From a virus: 64,000 bases of DNA. Below, piece after piece: positions 29,251 through 39,077 of the stretch. Made by a program: the position numbers and the translations under genes. The number at the start of each line of letters is the position of its first letter. Position 1 is the first letter of the stretch. The notes under the pieces were generated by a model, which was not told where the DNA came from, searched no databases, and was given only the letters and a program-made list of their open reading frames with translations. The DNA lies in the IMG/VR virus record IMGVR_UViG_3300032249_001455, positions 9,429 to 73,428 of that record; one strand, written 5' to 3'.

Positions 29251-32200
29251 ATGGGCACAGAAATTAAATTCAAGCGCGGTACGGCATTGGCCCTGCAACA
29301 GTCGAACCCCGTTCTTGCGGCGGGAGAGCCGTGCCTAGAGACGGACACGAACAAAATCAAGTACGGCAACGGCGTGACTCCGTGGCGGGATCTGCCGTAC
29401 GGAAACTCAGCGCTAGATGTTATAGACGGCGGTGAATTTACGGCCGGCGCTGTGCCCGCCGAGCCGGATATTTTTAGCCCGCCCACGATCGCTGGTTTAA
29501 AGCTGTGGCTTGATGCGGATAACGCTGATTACGTACACCGCGTAAATAACCGCGTATCGGTGTGGGAAGATGCGTCTGAATCTGGCGCCAAGTTTGTTCA
29601 ATCTGGCAAAATGCACAGGCCGACTGTTAATAACAAAATTGCGCAACAAGATGTCGTGACGTTTGACGGCGATAACGACGCGATGATCGGCGCGCTGAAC
29701 CTGCCCGCAGAGTTTACGCTAGTAGTTGCGCTACGCCGTCGCGGCGCTAGCTCCGGCGGCAAATTAATCTCGGCGTACACGCAAAACAACGCGACCGAGC
29801 TTGTGCTTTGCGGCACCGAAACCGGCGTCGAATTAGGCGTCTTGTTTGACGGGGAATATTTAGCCTCGCAACCGGTCGACAATATGACGCCGGTTGTGTA
29901 CACGCTTCAATTTGGCGGCGACGGGCTTTCAACACGGCTCAACGGGCTAAACACACAAGCGGCCGAAAGCGTATCTGTTTCCGGTCTGACATGTATGTCA
30001 CTCGGCGGCGACCGCGCCAATTTTACCGACGACAACTACGGCGGCGATATTGCCGAGGTCGTTCTGTACGAAGGTGTTTTGTCTAGTGCAGACCTGCTTG
30101 ACGTTGAAAATTACATGATGGAACGATGGGATGTTCAGCGTCTTGTACACCCACTGCTCGACAACATGAAGGCTTTTTTGCGGATGAACGAAGAGTCCGG
30201 GACGCGTTTAGATATCACGGCGGCCGAAATTCCTTTGACGCAAACCGGCGCCGTTGGTTTTGCGCCGGGCGTCATAGAAAACGCGGCAGAGTTTACGGCC
30301 GGAAATAACTATCTACAAGCCCCGAACGATCTCACATTTGCCGGATCTTTTTCTGCGTCGATCTGGTTCAACCCTGCCGCGGTCACTGGTGGCGTATCAG
30401 AATTGATTCAGAATTGGAGCGGCACAGACGGCACTACGGGTCAAATGGCGCTCGCGTTCGGCGATGTCGGAGAAAGTTCTGCGTCGTTGTTTGGTTTCGT
30501 ACGCACCGACGAGGGTGTTTATTCTGTCTCGGCGCCGGAGTTAGAAGCAAATCGGTGGTATCAATGTGTTCTGATATATGACGCCGACGCGAACGCGCTT
30601 CGTCTTTATAAAGACGGATTGTTTGTGGAAGAGGTGAGTGTTGTCGGAACGCTGTTGACGACCAACATTCCTCTGCGCGTCGGTATCGGCCAACAAACTG
30701 CGGAACAAAACGATCTGGGCTTTTTGGCTGATCAAATCGGATTGTGGGATCGCGCGTTGTCTTTGTCTGAAGTCCAGATGCTCTACAACTATGAGCTGGG
30801 CAAAGAAGACTTTGCCGCCGACTTTTACGGCGATAATGTTTCGCTGCTCTTGCATATGGACAAGCCGGCTAACGCCCCTAGCAGGCCACTCGGCTCGCCG
30901 GCGCTGCTTCTGCACTTTGACGGTGCCGACGGCAGTACGAACATAGTTGATTCTTCGCCGCAAAACGGCACGGCGACGGCAGTAGGCGCCATTCAACTCA
31001 GCACAGCTCAAAGTAAATTTGGTGGATCTAGCCTCAAGTGCCCCGACACCTACGCTGATCATGTAGATGGTTTTGCGGGTGTCGACCTTTCGGCCGGCAG
31101 TTGGACAGTGGAGTGCTGGCTTCTCAGTGAGGGTCCGAATGTCGGCAACAACAAAACTGTTCTCAGCGCCGGACATCAGCAGTTTCCAGACCGCTGGATC
31201 GTAGACGTATCCGTCGTTGATCACACGATTTACCCGCGCATTTACACCGTTGGAAACAGCATTTACGCCGGCGGCGAACCCCCCAACAACCCCAACGGCG
31301 GCGGCGCGACACCTACGCCGTATACCTACGGCACATGGGCGCACATCGCGTGGGTGAATGATGCTGGTTCTGACGAATTTGCCATGTATGTTGACGGCGT
31401 CAAAGTTTACGACCGTGAATCTTTTAATCTGCCGAAATACGACACTGTTCAAATCGGCCAACAAGCGTCGGTGTTTGGTCCGGGCGAGTTCTACATCGAC
31501 GAACTGCGGGTGATGAACATCGCGGTCTACACGGGCGAGTTTACGCCGCCGACGGCGCCGTTTGAATTTGTTGTGCCCCCCGCTCCGACAACGGAAATGT
31601 TTATTGATACATCTAGGCATCATCGCACGGTCACACCGGCCGGCGATGTTTACCTCAATATTGAAGATATCAAGTACGGTAACGCGAGTGGCGAATTTGC
31701 CGGCGGCTATTGCGAGCTTGATATGTCGTCAGAGCTTGCGTTCGGAACCGATGACTTCACCGTTGAGTTCTGGGGCAAACTGAACTACGCCCAGTATTCT
31801 GCGGTGTTCTCTACGGCGTCCAGTGCGCAGGAACCGGGCACCTACATTGTCGGCTTCCGCGACGACGCGAACATGTTCGGGTTTTGCTACGACATAGACA
31901 ATTTCACGTTTATTGCGACAAATATCTCAGCACATTACAACACGTGGACGCACTACGCGTTTGTGCGGCTTGACGGCGTGCTGAAGATGTATGTCAACGG
32001 CGTTGAAGCGGCATCCGCAACGACGGCTATGAATTTAGACGGCGGCGAGCAGACTACAGCCGTGATTGGCCGCCGCTGGACAAACGAAGATAATTACTAC
32101 CTTGACGGTCTGATTGACGACTTCCGCATTACCAAAGGCGTGGCTCGGTACATCGCGGAATTTAATTCTCCGACCAAGGCGTTTCCTGATCCGGTTGTTC

Positions 32201-34317
32201 CGGTCGTTGACAGCGCCGATCCACACTTAGAGTACGTTACACTACTGCTTCATATGGATGGCGCAGATACCAGCACTACTTTTGTTGACAATTCGTATTT
32301 GCAGCATACTGTGACTGCCGAAGGCTCCGCGGCTATTAGCACAGCCCAGAGCAAGTTTGGCGGGGCGAGCGCGTACTTTGCTGGAGACGGAGATAGGCTC
32401 GTCGTTCCGGGCGGGGACGCCTTCGCTTACGGGACGGATGACTTCACCATCGAAATGTGGGTCTGGCCCGTCAGCGTTCAGAGCGGGGGGATATTCTCGC
32501 AGGCCGAAAGCGGGATCAACTATTGCGTCATTGAGTTGATTGACGGGGAGGTACACTTCCCGTATGCGGGCACGGGCGGCGGCGCCGGGCCGAGGATCAT
32601 CGGCGGCGCGATATCAACAGAGTCTTGGCACCACATAGCCGTCGTCCGGCGACTCGGGCAGGCGCGGCTGTATGTCGACGGCGTCGGAACCGCCGGGGAG
32701 CCGGTCAATTTTGATTTTTCGAACACCTCGTATCCGATTGCCGTCGGCGGTTACTCGTTCACCAGCGCGCTGGGCTTCAACGGCTACATCGACGACTTGC
32801 GCATCACGAAGGGCGTCGCTCACTACACGGACGACTTCATGCTGCCCACGACGCCGTTCCCGAGTCCGTTTACTCCCGTCCCGACGGCAACGCTGCTTTT
32901 ACATTTTGACGGCAGCGCGGCGTTGATCGACTCGTCGCCAAATGACCTGACGGTCATCGCTGGCGGTGGCGCTGTCCTCAGCACTGCGCAAAGTAAATTT
33001 GGCGGCTCAAGTCTTGAGCTAGCCGCGTTTGATTATGTCTCTGTGTTGCCGCCCGCAGGGTTTCAACTTGGCACAGCCGCATGGACGATTGAGGCATGGA
33101 CGTACATGAGGAGCGTGGCTCTTTACTCATGCCTTCTTGAGATCGGCAATCACGGCGTGGCGGCTGGCGCTGTGTTCTCGATGGGCTATGACGGCCTTCA
33201 GTTCTATAATAACGGCACATTTTACGGCTCTGGGGCGGCTATAACGCTCAATCAGTGGCAGCACATTGCCGCGTCGTTCGACGGCACGACGCTGCGGGTA
33301 TTTACTGACGGCGTGCAACGGTGGAGCGGGCCGTTCGCTGGCGATCTAAACGACGGCAGCACTATTAGTATTGGGTACCCGCTTGGGTACACCGGGGGGC
33401 CGGGAACTAATCCCGCCTACGGTTTTGACGGCTACATAGACGAGATGCGCATTGTCCAAGGACTAGCCGTCTACACCGCCGACTTCCCGAAGCCAACCGC
33501 CCCGTTCCGCGCCACATCCGAAGTCACACCCACAGACGTCGCTGGTTGTGATCTGTGGCTAGACTCTACAGCCGAGATAGGCACGCTCAATGGCGCGATC
33601 ACAGTGTGGCCCGACAAGAGCAGCAACACGCGACCCGCTACGCCGGCTGATTATGCGCCGGCGCCGACGTTGGCTGTTGGCGAAGGACTTGCCGGGCAGA
33701 ATGTCGTGCGTTTCAGCGGCGAACCGAATGTGCTTGACGTGGCATACGAGTTTAATCTCAAAAATTCGTCTGGGTTTGTAGTACTTAAACAGCCAACGCC
33801 TTTGAATGCGCCACCCGGTTTTCAAAGAATTCTGTCATTTCAGCCAACTACGGGAATAGACTCGTATCAAAATGATGGTTTGGCGCTTGTGTTTAATAAC
33901 TACACCACTGACGGCGTAGAGTTTTATTCCAACGGCAACCCCCCGATTGGTCAGCACGCTATGCCGCTTCCTGCTGGTTGGACGCTGCTCGCTTACACAA
34001 TTGATAATTCCGGCAATCTCTCTCTGCGCGTAAACGGCGAAGAAGTTGACACCGGCGTCAATGCAAGCATGGCACAAGCTGCTGGCGGCAATCTTTATAT
34101 TGGTCACGGCGGCTCGTTCGTCATCGACGAGGCCCTTCACGGCGACATCGCAGAGGTTGTAATCTTCGATCATGCGCTGGGCCATGCGGCGCTGATTGGC
34201 TTAGAGCGTGGCTTACGGGCGCGTTGTTTGCCTCCACCACCGCCGCCTCCACCGCCGCCTCCACCGCCGCCGCCGCCTCCACCGCCTCCGCCAACAACAA
34301 CTCCTTCTAACCCGTAA
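29251..34317 (+). CDS. Tail-fibre-like adhesin: Mtd-N-like anchor + multiple LamG domains + poly-Pro tail
   Basis: IKFKRGT...NPVLAAGEPCLETDT.KIKYG.G..PW..LPY; repeated LLLHFDG/STAQSKFGG/W.H.A/IDELR modules. Confidence 0.8.
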   Translation: MGTEIKFKRGTALALQQSNPVLAAGEPCLETDTNKIKYGNGVTPWRDLPYGNSALDVIDGGEFTAGAVPAEPDIFSPPTIAGLKLWLDADNADYVHRVNNRVSVWEDASESGAKFVQSGKMHRPTVNNKIAQQDVVTFDGDNDAMIGALNLPAEFTLVVALRRRGASSGGKLISAYTQNNATELVLCGTETGVELGVLFDGEYLASQPVDNMTPVVYTLQFGGDGLSTRLNGLNTQAAESVSVSGLTCMSLGGDRANFTDDNYGGDIAEVVLYEGVLSSADLLDVENYMMERWDVQRLVHPLLDNMKAFLRMNEESGTRLDITAAEIPLTQTGAVGFAPGVIENAAEFTAGNNYLQAPNDLTFAGSFSASIWFNPAAVTGGVSELIQNWSGTDGTTGQMALAFGDVGESSASLFGFVRTDEGVYSVSAPELEANRWYQCVLIYDADANALRLYKDGLFVEEVSVVGTLLTTNIPLRVGIGQQTAEQNDLGFLADQIGLWDRALSLSEVQMLYNYELGKEDFAADFYGDNVSLLLHMDKPANAPSRPLGSPALLLHFDGADGSTNIVDSSPQNGTATAVGAIQLSTAQSKFGGSSLKCPDTYADHVDGFAGVDLSAGSWTVECWLLSEGPNVGNNKTVLSAGHQQFPDRWIVDVSVVDHTIYPRIYTVGNSIYAGGEPPNNPNGGGATPTPYTYGTWAHIAWVNDAGSDEFAMYVDGVKVYDRESFNLPKYDTVQIGQQASVFGPGEFYIDELRVMNIAVYTGEFTPPTAPFEFVVPPAPTTEMFIDTSRHHRTVTPAGDVYLNIEDIKYGNASGEFAGGYCELDMSSELAFGTDDFTVEFWGKLNYAQYSAVFSTASSAQEPGTYIVGFRDDANMFGFCYDIDNFTFIATNISAHYNTWTHYAFVRLDGVLKMYVNGVEAASATTAMNLDGGEQTTAVIGRRWTNEDNYYLDGLIDDFRITKGVARYIAEFNSPTKAFPDPVVPVVDSADPHLEYVTLLLHMDGADTSTTFVDNSYLQHTVTAEGSAAISTAQSKFGGASAYFAGDGDRLVVPGGDAFAYGTDDFTIEMWVWPVSVQSGGIFSQAESGINYCVIELIDGEVHFPYAGTGGGAGPRIIGGAISTESWHHIAVVRRLGQARLYVDGVGTAGEPVNFDFSNTSYPIAVGGYSFTSALGFNGYIDDLRITKGVAHYTDDFMLPTTPFPSPFTPVPTATLLLHFDGSAALIDSSPNDLTVIAGGGAVLSTAQSKFGGSSLELAAFDYVSVLPPAGFQLGTAAWTIEAWTYMRSVALYSCLLEIGNHGVAAGAVFSMGYDGLQFYNNGTFYGSGAAITLNQWQHIAASFDGTTLRVFTDGVQRWSGPFAGDLNDGSTISIGYPLGYTGGPGTNPAYGFDGYIDEMRIVQGLAVYTADFPKPTAPFRATSEVTPTDVAGCDLWLDSTAEIGTLNGAITVWPDKSSNTRPATPADYAPAPTLAVGEGLAGQNVVRFSGEPNVLDVAYEFNLKNSSGFVVLKQPTPLNAPPGFQRILSFQPTTGIDSYQNDGLALVFNNYTTDGVEFYSNGNPPIGQHAMPLPAGWTLLAYTIDNSGNLSLRVNGEEVDTGVNASMAQAAGGNLYIGHGGSFVIDEALHGDIAEVVIFDHALGHAALIGLERGLRARCLPPPPPPPPPPPPPPPPPPPPPTTTPSNP
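34231..34293 (+). repeat. 21 consecutive Pro codons
   Basis: CCN x21 with mixed third positions. Confidence 0.9.
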
Positions 34318-34323
34318 TTAACT

Positions 34324-36624
34324 ATGCCACCTATTGAAATCAGAATTCGTCGCGGGACTTCAAAATACCTCTCAGAGCAGAATGATGTTCTGGCCGACGG
34401 CGAGCCGTGTCTAGAAATTGACACGGGCAAGATCAAGTACGGTGACGGCGTCACGCCGTGGAATCAACTCGCCTATGCCACCACCGGGGATGAGCTGCCA
34501 GGAACGAATAACGAAGTCACAGGCGCAGACGGTTTGGCGGCGGGTGGTTCAGATAATCTTGCTAGCGGTTCCGCCTCGGCCGCGCTTTCCGGCAAAAACA
34601 ACACAGCCAGCGGCGCTCAGTCGGTCGTCGTCGGCGGCAACGCGAACACGGCGGCCGGTGTTAATTCTGTTGCGATCGGCGGCAACGCAAACACAGCAAA
34701 CGGCCCAAACAGCATTGCTGGCGGCAAAAACGCTGTTGCTACAAAAGACGCGCAATTTGCTTTGTCGGCCGGGAGCTTTTTTGTTCCCGGCGACGCGCAA
34801 TTTTCTATTTACAACTTGCGCGCATCTACTGAAAACGATGTGCCAACACGCATGTATATCAACGGTACGGCTGGCAATTTAACTTTGACGCCCGGTGCCG
34901 CGTGGGCGTTTGAGGTGCGCGTGTCGGCATACGACTTTTCCGCAACCACATCCGGCGCGTGGACAATCCGCGGGAGCGTGTTCCGAGACTATGCAAACAG
35001 CGTAAGTCTATCTGGGACGCCCGTTGTTGAAGTTATTTCTGAAGAGTGGCCCGAGGGATCTGGTGTCGAAGTAACTGCCGATAATGTCAATAAAGCGCTG
35101 GCTGTCACCGTAACCGGCGCTGTTGCTCACGAGGTGCAGTGGGCGGCCACGGTTTTTTCGACCGAGCTTATCTCGCCAGAGCCGTTGGTGTCGGACATGT
35201 TCGTGGAAATTCCCGCGGACGCGGCTGTCGCCGACTTGGCTGTGACTGTAGACGGAAACAGCATGCAGCCGGCTTTTGATCCGACCATCTACGATTATGT
35301 TGTTTGGTCGGATGCTGATTTTTACAGCTCGTCAGCTCGCGACTATTCCGTCACGATCAACAACGGCAATCCAGTTACCGGCACGGCCACGGTCAATAAA
35401 GCTTTGCGCGTCAAAATTGGTGCGACAAGTTATTTCATTCGAATTCTTCCCAGCGACTTTCCAGAACTACCGGAAATTGTTACAAAAACAAATCAGTACT
35501 TGCCCGGCTATTACCTGGCTGCTTGTACGCAAGCGATTGGGCCTTACATGGTGATATACAACTCTAACGGCGTGCCGGTCTGGTACACATACAACGATGC
35601 CTCGTTGTGTGAAGTTATCAGTCTGCACGCCGGCTGGGACGCCAACAAACTGATCACCAACGGCAACACGCACAACTGCGATCGGTGGGATATCCATATT
35701 GGTCTGAATGAGTTGACTGCAAAACCGTACACGATGATTAACCCAAATGGCAAAGGCAACAACGAAACGTGGGAGATTCACGAATCTCACGCAGTCAAAG
35801 GCCCGGCAAATCGCAAGGGCAACATTATTTACGAAGCCTACACCAACGTCGGTTTCTATATCCAAGAACAGAATCCGCAAAATCAAATCGTGTGGGAGTG
35901 GTGGACAGAGGATTACTTCGGCTCTCGTTGGAGTGATTTCTACCACGTCAACTCTATAGATGTGCATCCAATAACCGGAAACATTGTCGTCAGTTGCCGG
36001 CATAACAGCGCTGTATTCGCCATTGACTATGCAACAAAAGAAGTAATCTGGATTATCGAGGGTGCAGTAAATTGCCACGGCGGCGGTTCTTTGTGGGGCG
36101 CGCGTATTCCGAACATGACGCAAAACACAAAGCTGCTCGTACTACAGGGCGAGCCAAGCCTATCGGGGAGTCAGTATGTGGGCCCAGACTCGCAACATGA
36201 CGCCCGCTGGCACATTGATGTTCCGCCGCTCACCCCCGGCAACGACATTGTTTCTGTTTCTGACAACCAAACATGTTCCGCGCGACCAGCCCGCGGCGTT
36301 GTATATGAAATTGATCTTGCAAACTCCCGTGCGATTAACAGAATGCAAGTAAATTCGCCTTACGGCAATACTGGATGTTGCGGTTCGTTTACATTGCTGA
36401 AGGCAAACGATACAACTTATTCCGGCACGATGCTGTTAAACTCCGAAACCCCTAATACGGTAGAATTTAACTTGTCGCTGGCGGGTGCGAATCAGGGTGT
36501 CGTATTTGAGATGCACTTGCCGGGCGCGTGGTGGTATCGAGCTATTAAGGTTCGACCCGATTTCTTTAACCTGAATTACTTGCGCACAACTGCCGGGCGC
36601 ATCCCAACAATCATTGGCGATTGA
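34324..36624 (+). CDS. Tail-fibre-like protein: Mtd-N-like anchor + GGxxNxA beta-roll repeats + ASST domain
   Basis: IRIRRGT...VLADGEPCLEIDTGKIKYGDG; 14-aa repeats; HES/HVNS/SCR/QHDA motifs. Confidence 0.75.
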   Translation: MPPIEIRIRRGTSKYLSEQNDVLADGEPCLEIDTGKIKYGDGVTPWNQLAYATTGDELPGTNNEVTGADGLAAGGSDNLASGSASAALSGKNNTASGAQSVVVGGNANTAAGVNSVAIGGNANTANGPNSIAGGKNAVATKDAQFALSAGSFFVPGDAQFSIYNLRASTENDVPTRMYINGTAGNLTLTPGAAWAFEVRVSAYDFSATTSGAWTIRGSVFRDYANSVSLSGTPVVEVISEEWPEGSGVEVTADNVNKALAVTVTGAVAHEVQWAATVFSTELISPEPLVSDMFVEIPADAAVADLAVTVDGNSMQPAFDPTIYDYVVWSDADFYSSSARDYSVTINNGNPVTGTATVNKALRVKIGATSYFIRILPSDFPELPEIVTKTNQYLPGYYLAACTQAIGPYMVIYNSNGVPVWYTYNDASLCEVISLHAGWDANKLITNGNTHNCDRWDIHIGLNELTAKPYTMINPNGKGNNETWEIHESHAVKGPANRKGNIIYEAYTNVGFYIQEQNPQNQIVWEWWTEDYFGSRWSDFYHVNSIDVHPITGNIVVSCRHNSAVFAIDYATKEVIWIIEGAVNCHGGGSLWGARIPNMTQNTKLLVLQGEPSLSGSQYVGPDSQHDARWHIDVPPLTPGNDIVSVSDNQTCSARPARGVVYEIDLANSRAINRMQVNSPYGNTGCCGSFTLLKANDTTYSGTMLLNSETPNTVEFNLSLAGANQGVVFEMHLPGAWWYRAIKVRPDFFNLNYLRTTAGRIPTIIGD

Positions 36625-36701
36625 TGGTTTCTTTGACGCACGAAACAGACCGCCATGACGGAGACCAGGTCAATTGTGCATTCTGCCCAGAGTTTCTGCG
36701 C

Positions 36702-36729
36702 TTGCTTTCAAATTAGATTATGCTAGAAT
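36702..36729 (+). promoter_or_regulatory. Sigma70-type promoter of thyX (likely leaderless)
   Basis: TTGCTT-16 nt-TAGAAT with TG extension; ATG 7 nt downstream. Confidence 0.55.
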
Positions 36730-36736
36730 CAAATCC

Positions 36737-37381
36737 ATGAAAGCAGAACTTTTGAGTCACTTCGGCGACGACCTCATGGTCGTCAATGCGGCCAGGGTCA
36801 GTTATGGCAAGAGCAAGGGCGTTCTGGATGAGAAGGACTCAAGGCTCATAAGGTTTCTTGTAGAACACGGCCACACCTCTCCGTTCCGGCACCCGCAGCT
36901 CCAGTTCAGGATACAGTGTCCCATATTCGTGGAAAGGCAGCTTTTCAAGCACCAGGTCGGCCTCACCGCCAACAGCATAAGCGGAAGGTACGTTGATTTC
37001 TCGGACGAGTACTGGATTCCCGAACAGCTGAGGCTTCAGTCCAAGGACAGCAAGCAGGGAAGCGCCGGGGATATGGCGTCTGCCGACAACTCCCATTTTG
37101 TCACGAGAATCGACTGCCTCGTCGCCCAGTGCAAGGAACTCTATGAGGACATGGTGGCGGCGGGAGTGGCCAAGGAGCAGTGCAGGATAATACTTCCGCT
37201 CTGCCTTGAGACGCAGTTCATATGGACTGGTTCGCTCGCGGCTTTCCTTCACCTTTGGAAACTGAGGCTGAAGCCCGACGCCCAGAAGGAGACCAGGGAT
37301 GTCGCCCAGATGATGCTGGACGAGGTCAGGAGCCTGCCCGGAAACCCCTTCAGTCTTACTCTTGAGGCCTTCGGTCTTTGA
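36737..37381 (+). CDS. thyX: FAD-dependent thymidylate synthase
   Basis: VVNAARVSY, HTSPF, RQLFKH...NSISGRY, RIILP, AQKETR. Confidence 0.93.
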   Translation: MKAELLSHFGDDLMVVNAARVSYGKSKGVLDEKDSRLIRFLVEHGHTSPFRHPQLQFRIQCPIFVERQLFKHQVGLTANSISGRYVDFSDEYWIPEQLRLQSKDSKQGSAGDMASADNSHFVTRIDCLVAQCKELYEDMVAAGVAKEQCRIILPLCLETQFIWTGSLAAFLHLWKLRLKPDAQKETRDVAQMMLDEVRSLPGNPFSLTLEAFGL

Positions 37382-37440
37382 ACGAAGGCCCGAGGCCCCT
37401 GTTCTGCTAGAAAAACAAGGTCGGACAACTAGATATGTAC

Positions 37441-37734
37441 ATGTTGAAATTCACTGAATGGATGGAACTGAAGGAGCAGATGATCGGTACGGCCTCCGCG
37501 GGAGCCTCCGGGCTTGTCAAGAAGATGCCGGGAATGTCGGGCTTTGACAAGACCAAGAAGAGAATAGATTCGACCATCAAGGGTCTTTTTCTCAAAGGAA
37601 ATACCAAGCAGGCAACGAAGCAGGTTGACACGATCATAAACGGAGAGATCAACAACACATCCACCGGCCTGGAGGACGCGGCCAAGCTCGCCGGCATGAG
37701 GGACTCAATAAAGAAGAGTCTCTCTTCGCTATGA
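37441..37734 (+). CDS. Hypothetical protein with capsid-targeting-like N-terminus
   Basis: MLKFTEWMELKE; ACTAGATA 5 nt upstream. Confidence 0.65.
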   Translation: MLKFTEWMELKEQMIGTASAGASGLVKKMPGMSGFDKTKKRIDSTIKGLFLKGNTKQATKQVDTIINGEINNTSTGLEDAAKLAGMRDSIKKSLSSL

Positions 37735-37916
37735 GTTTCCGCGAGTGGCTCGCCACCGAAGGGGGAAGGGGTTCCGGCACCAAGTTCACTTCCACAGGCC
37801 TCAATGCGGGCGGACAGGCGCAGAGCGGAATGACCTTCAGGATGTCCGTGAAGCCTGCCAGTCCCTTCGTTCCCCGCATCAAAGCCAAAATAAAGCCGTG
37901 GAAGAGCTCTATTTGA
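37731..37916 (+). CDS. Small basic protein with capsid-targeting-like N-terminus
   Basis: MSFREWLATE; ATGA overlap. Confidence 0.6.
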   Translation: MSFREWLATEGGRGSGTKFTSTGLNAGGQAQSGMTFRMSVKPASPFVPRIKAKIKPWKSSI

Positions 37917-37919
37917 TAT

Positions 37920-38384
37920 GTGGGCGAAAATCTATCAAATATAGCCATAGTATGCGAGTGCCTTCCCTGCCACGACTGGATGTCGTTTGCATCCTGGTAC
38001 TCCCTGAGCAAGAGGCTTCCGGACTCGGCCGTCGTCCTAGAAGTCCGCCACTGCCACCTCTTTTCATGGGCCCGAAGGCTGGGGGTTCGGATCGTCGGCC
38101 ATTCCGAGAACGGCTTTAAAATTGGCCCCTCCGTAATGGCGGTCAGGGACTTTGACGGAGATGCGTCCATTTCGCCCGCAAAAACAGAAACCCAAACTTG
38201 TCTCATAGATTATTCGGCGGGTTGCGGCAATTTTGTTGCGGGCGACTGGATAAATAACAGCAAGGTTCCGTTCCTCAATGCTGTCAAGAGGTTCGGAACC
38301 GGCAGTTTGACCGTCAATGAGATGGCCATCCTGAATGTCTGGGAGCAATGTCACAATCTATACCTGCATGCGGGAGGCTCATGA
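37920..38384 (+). CDS. Hypothetical protein
   Basis: 154 aa ORF in operon. Confidence 0.65.
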   Translation: MGENLSNIAIVCECLPCHDWMSFASWYSLSKRLPDSAVVLEVRHCHLFSWARRLGVRIVGHSENGFKIGPSVMAVRDFDGDASISPAKTETQTCLIDYSAGCGNFVAGDWINNSKVPFLNAVKRFGTGSLTVNEMAILNVWEQCHNLYLHAGGS

Positions 38385-38653
38385 AAAGGTTTTATTTCGG
38401 CAACGAGGATGGCGACGAGGAAGACGAGGAGGATATTGACGATCCCCGCTTCATGACGCCAGACGCGTCCGAGTTCATATCGATGGCCAGGTTGGACAAT
38501 CCGGAACAGTACCTTCTTGAGTGTTCCCTGAGAATGTGTGAAAAAAGCTTGTTTTGGAGGTTCTTCGGTGCGGAGAAGAAGATTTCTATGGTGAGCAAGG
38601 TATTTCTTGATCTTAAAAAACTAACAGAAGGACTTGACGATGCCCAGGTATGA
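38381..38653 (+). CDS. Acidic hypothetical protein
   Basis: GGAGG SD, ATGA overlap. Confidence 0.65.
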   Translation: MKRFYFGNEDGDEEDEEDIDDPRFMTPDASEFISMARLDNPEQYLLECSLRMCEKSLFWRFFGAEKKISMVSKVFLDLKKLTEGLDDAQV

Positions 38654-38990
38654 GATGCAGTGTCTTAAGTGCGAGGAAGTGTACGACGTGTGGTGCAAGA
38701 TGGCCGAAAAGGACGAATCCGTGAAGAAGGCCGCATGCCCCTCTTGCAAGTCCAAGAAGAAGGAGGAGGTGTTCGGGTGTCCCTCCGTCAAGTTCGCCAA
38801 TCCCGTCGGAACCGACCGCTGGAACAGCGATTCCAAGGGCCATGACTACAGGTTCAAGTACAACATGGACAAGCCAGGCGGCCCTAGGGATCAGCGCACC
38901 GCCGCGGCCAGGGCCTCCAAGGTCGGAGCAGAGCCCTACAGGAGGATAGACGACATATCAAGCGGAAAGCACTTCGGCGAAGTCAAATGA
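38640..38990 (+). CDS. FmdB-family zinc-ribbon protein
   Basis: MPRYEMQCLKC...CPSC. Confidence 0.75.
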   Translation: MPRYEMQCLKCEEVYDVWCKMAEKDESVKKAACPSCKSKKKEEVFGCPSVKFANPVGTDRWNSDSKGHDYRFKYNMDKPGGPRDQRTAAARASKVGAEPYRRIDDISSGKHFGEVK

Positions 38991-39077
38991 AAAGACCCAT
39001 TTTTTGGGCTTTTCCGCGGTTCTCTTTTTTGCCTTTTCTGGCCCTAAATACGGTGTCCCTCCGAGCTCAATTACACC

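Noticed and set aside
29251-36624. Diversity-generating retroelement suggested by Mtd-N-like domains
   Set aside because: No reverse transcriptase, and I saw no TR/VR pair differing at adenines in the window; Mtd-N is only an anchor.
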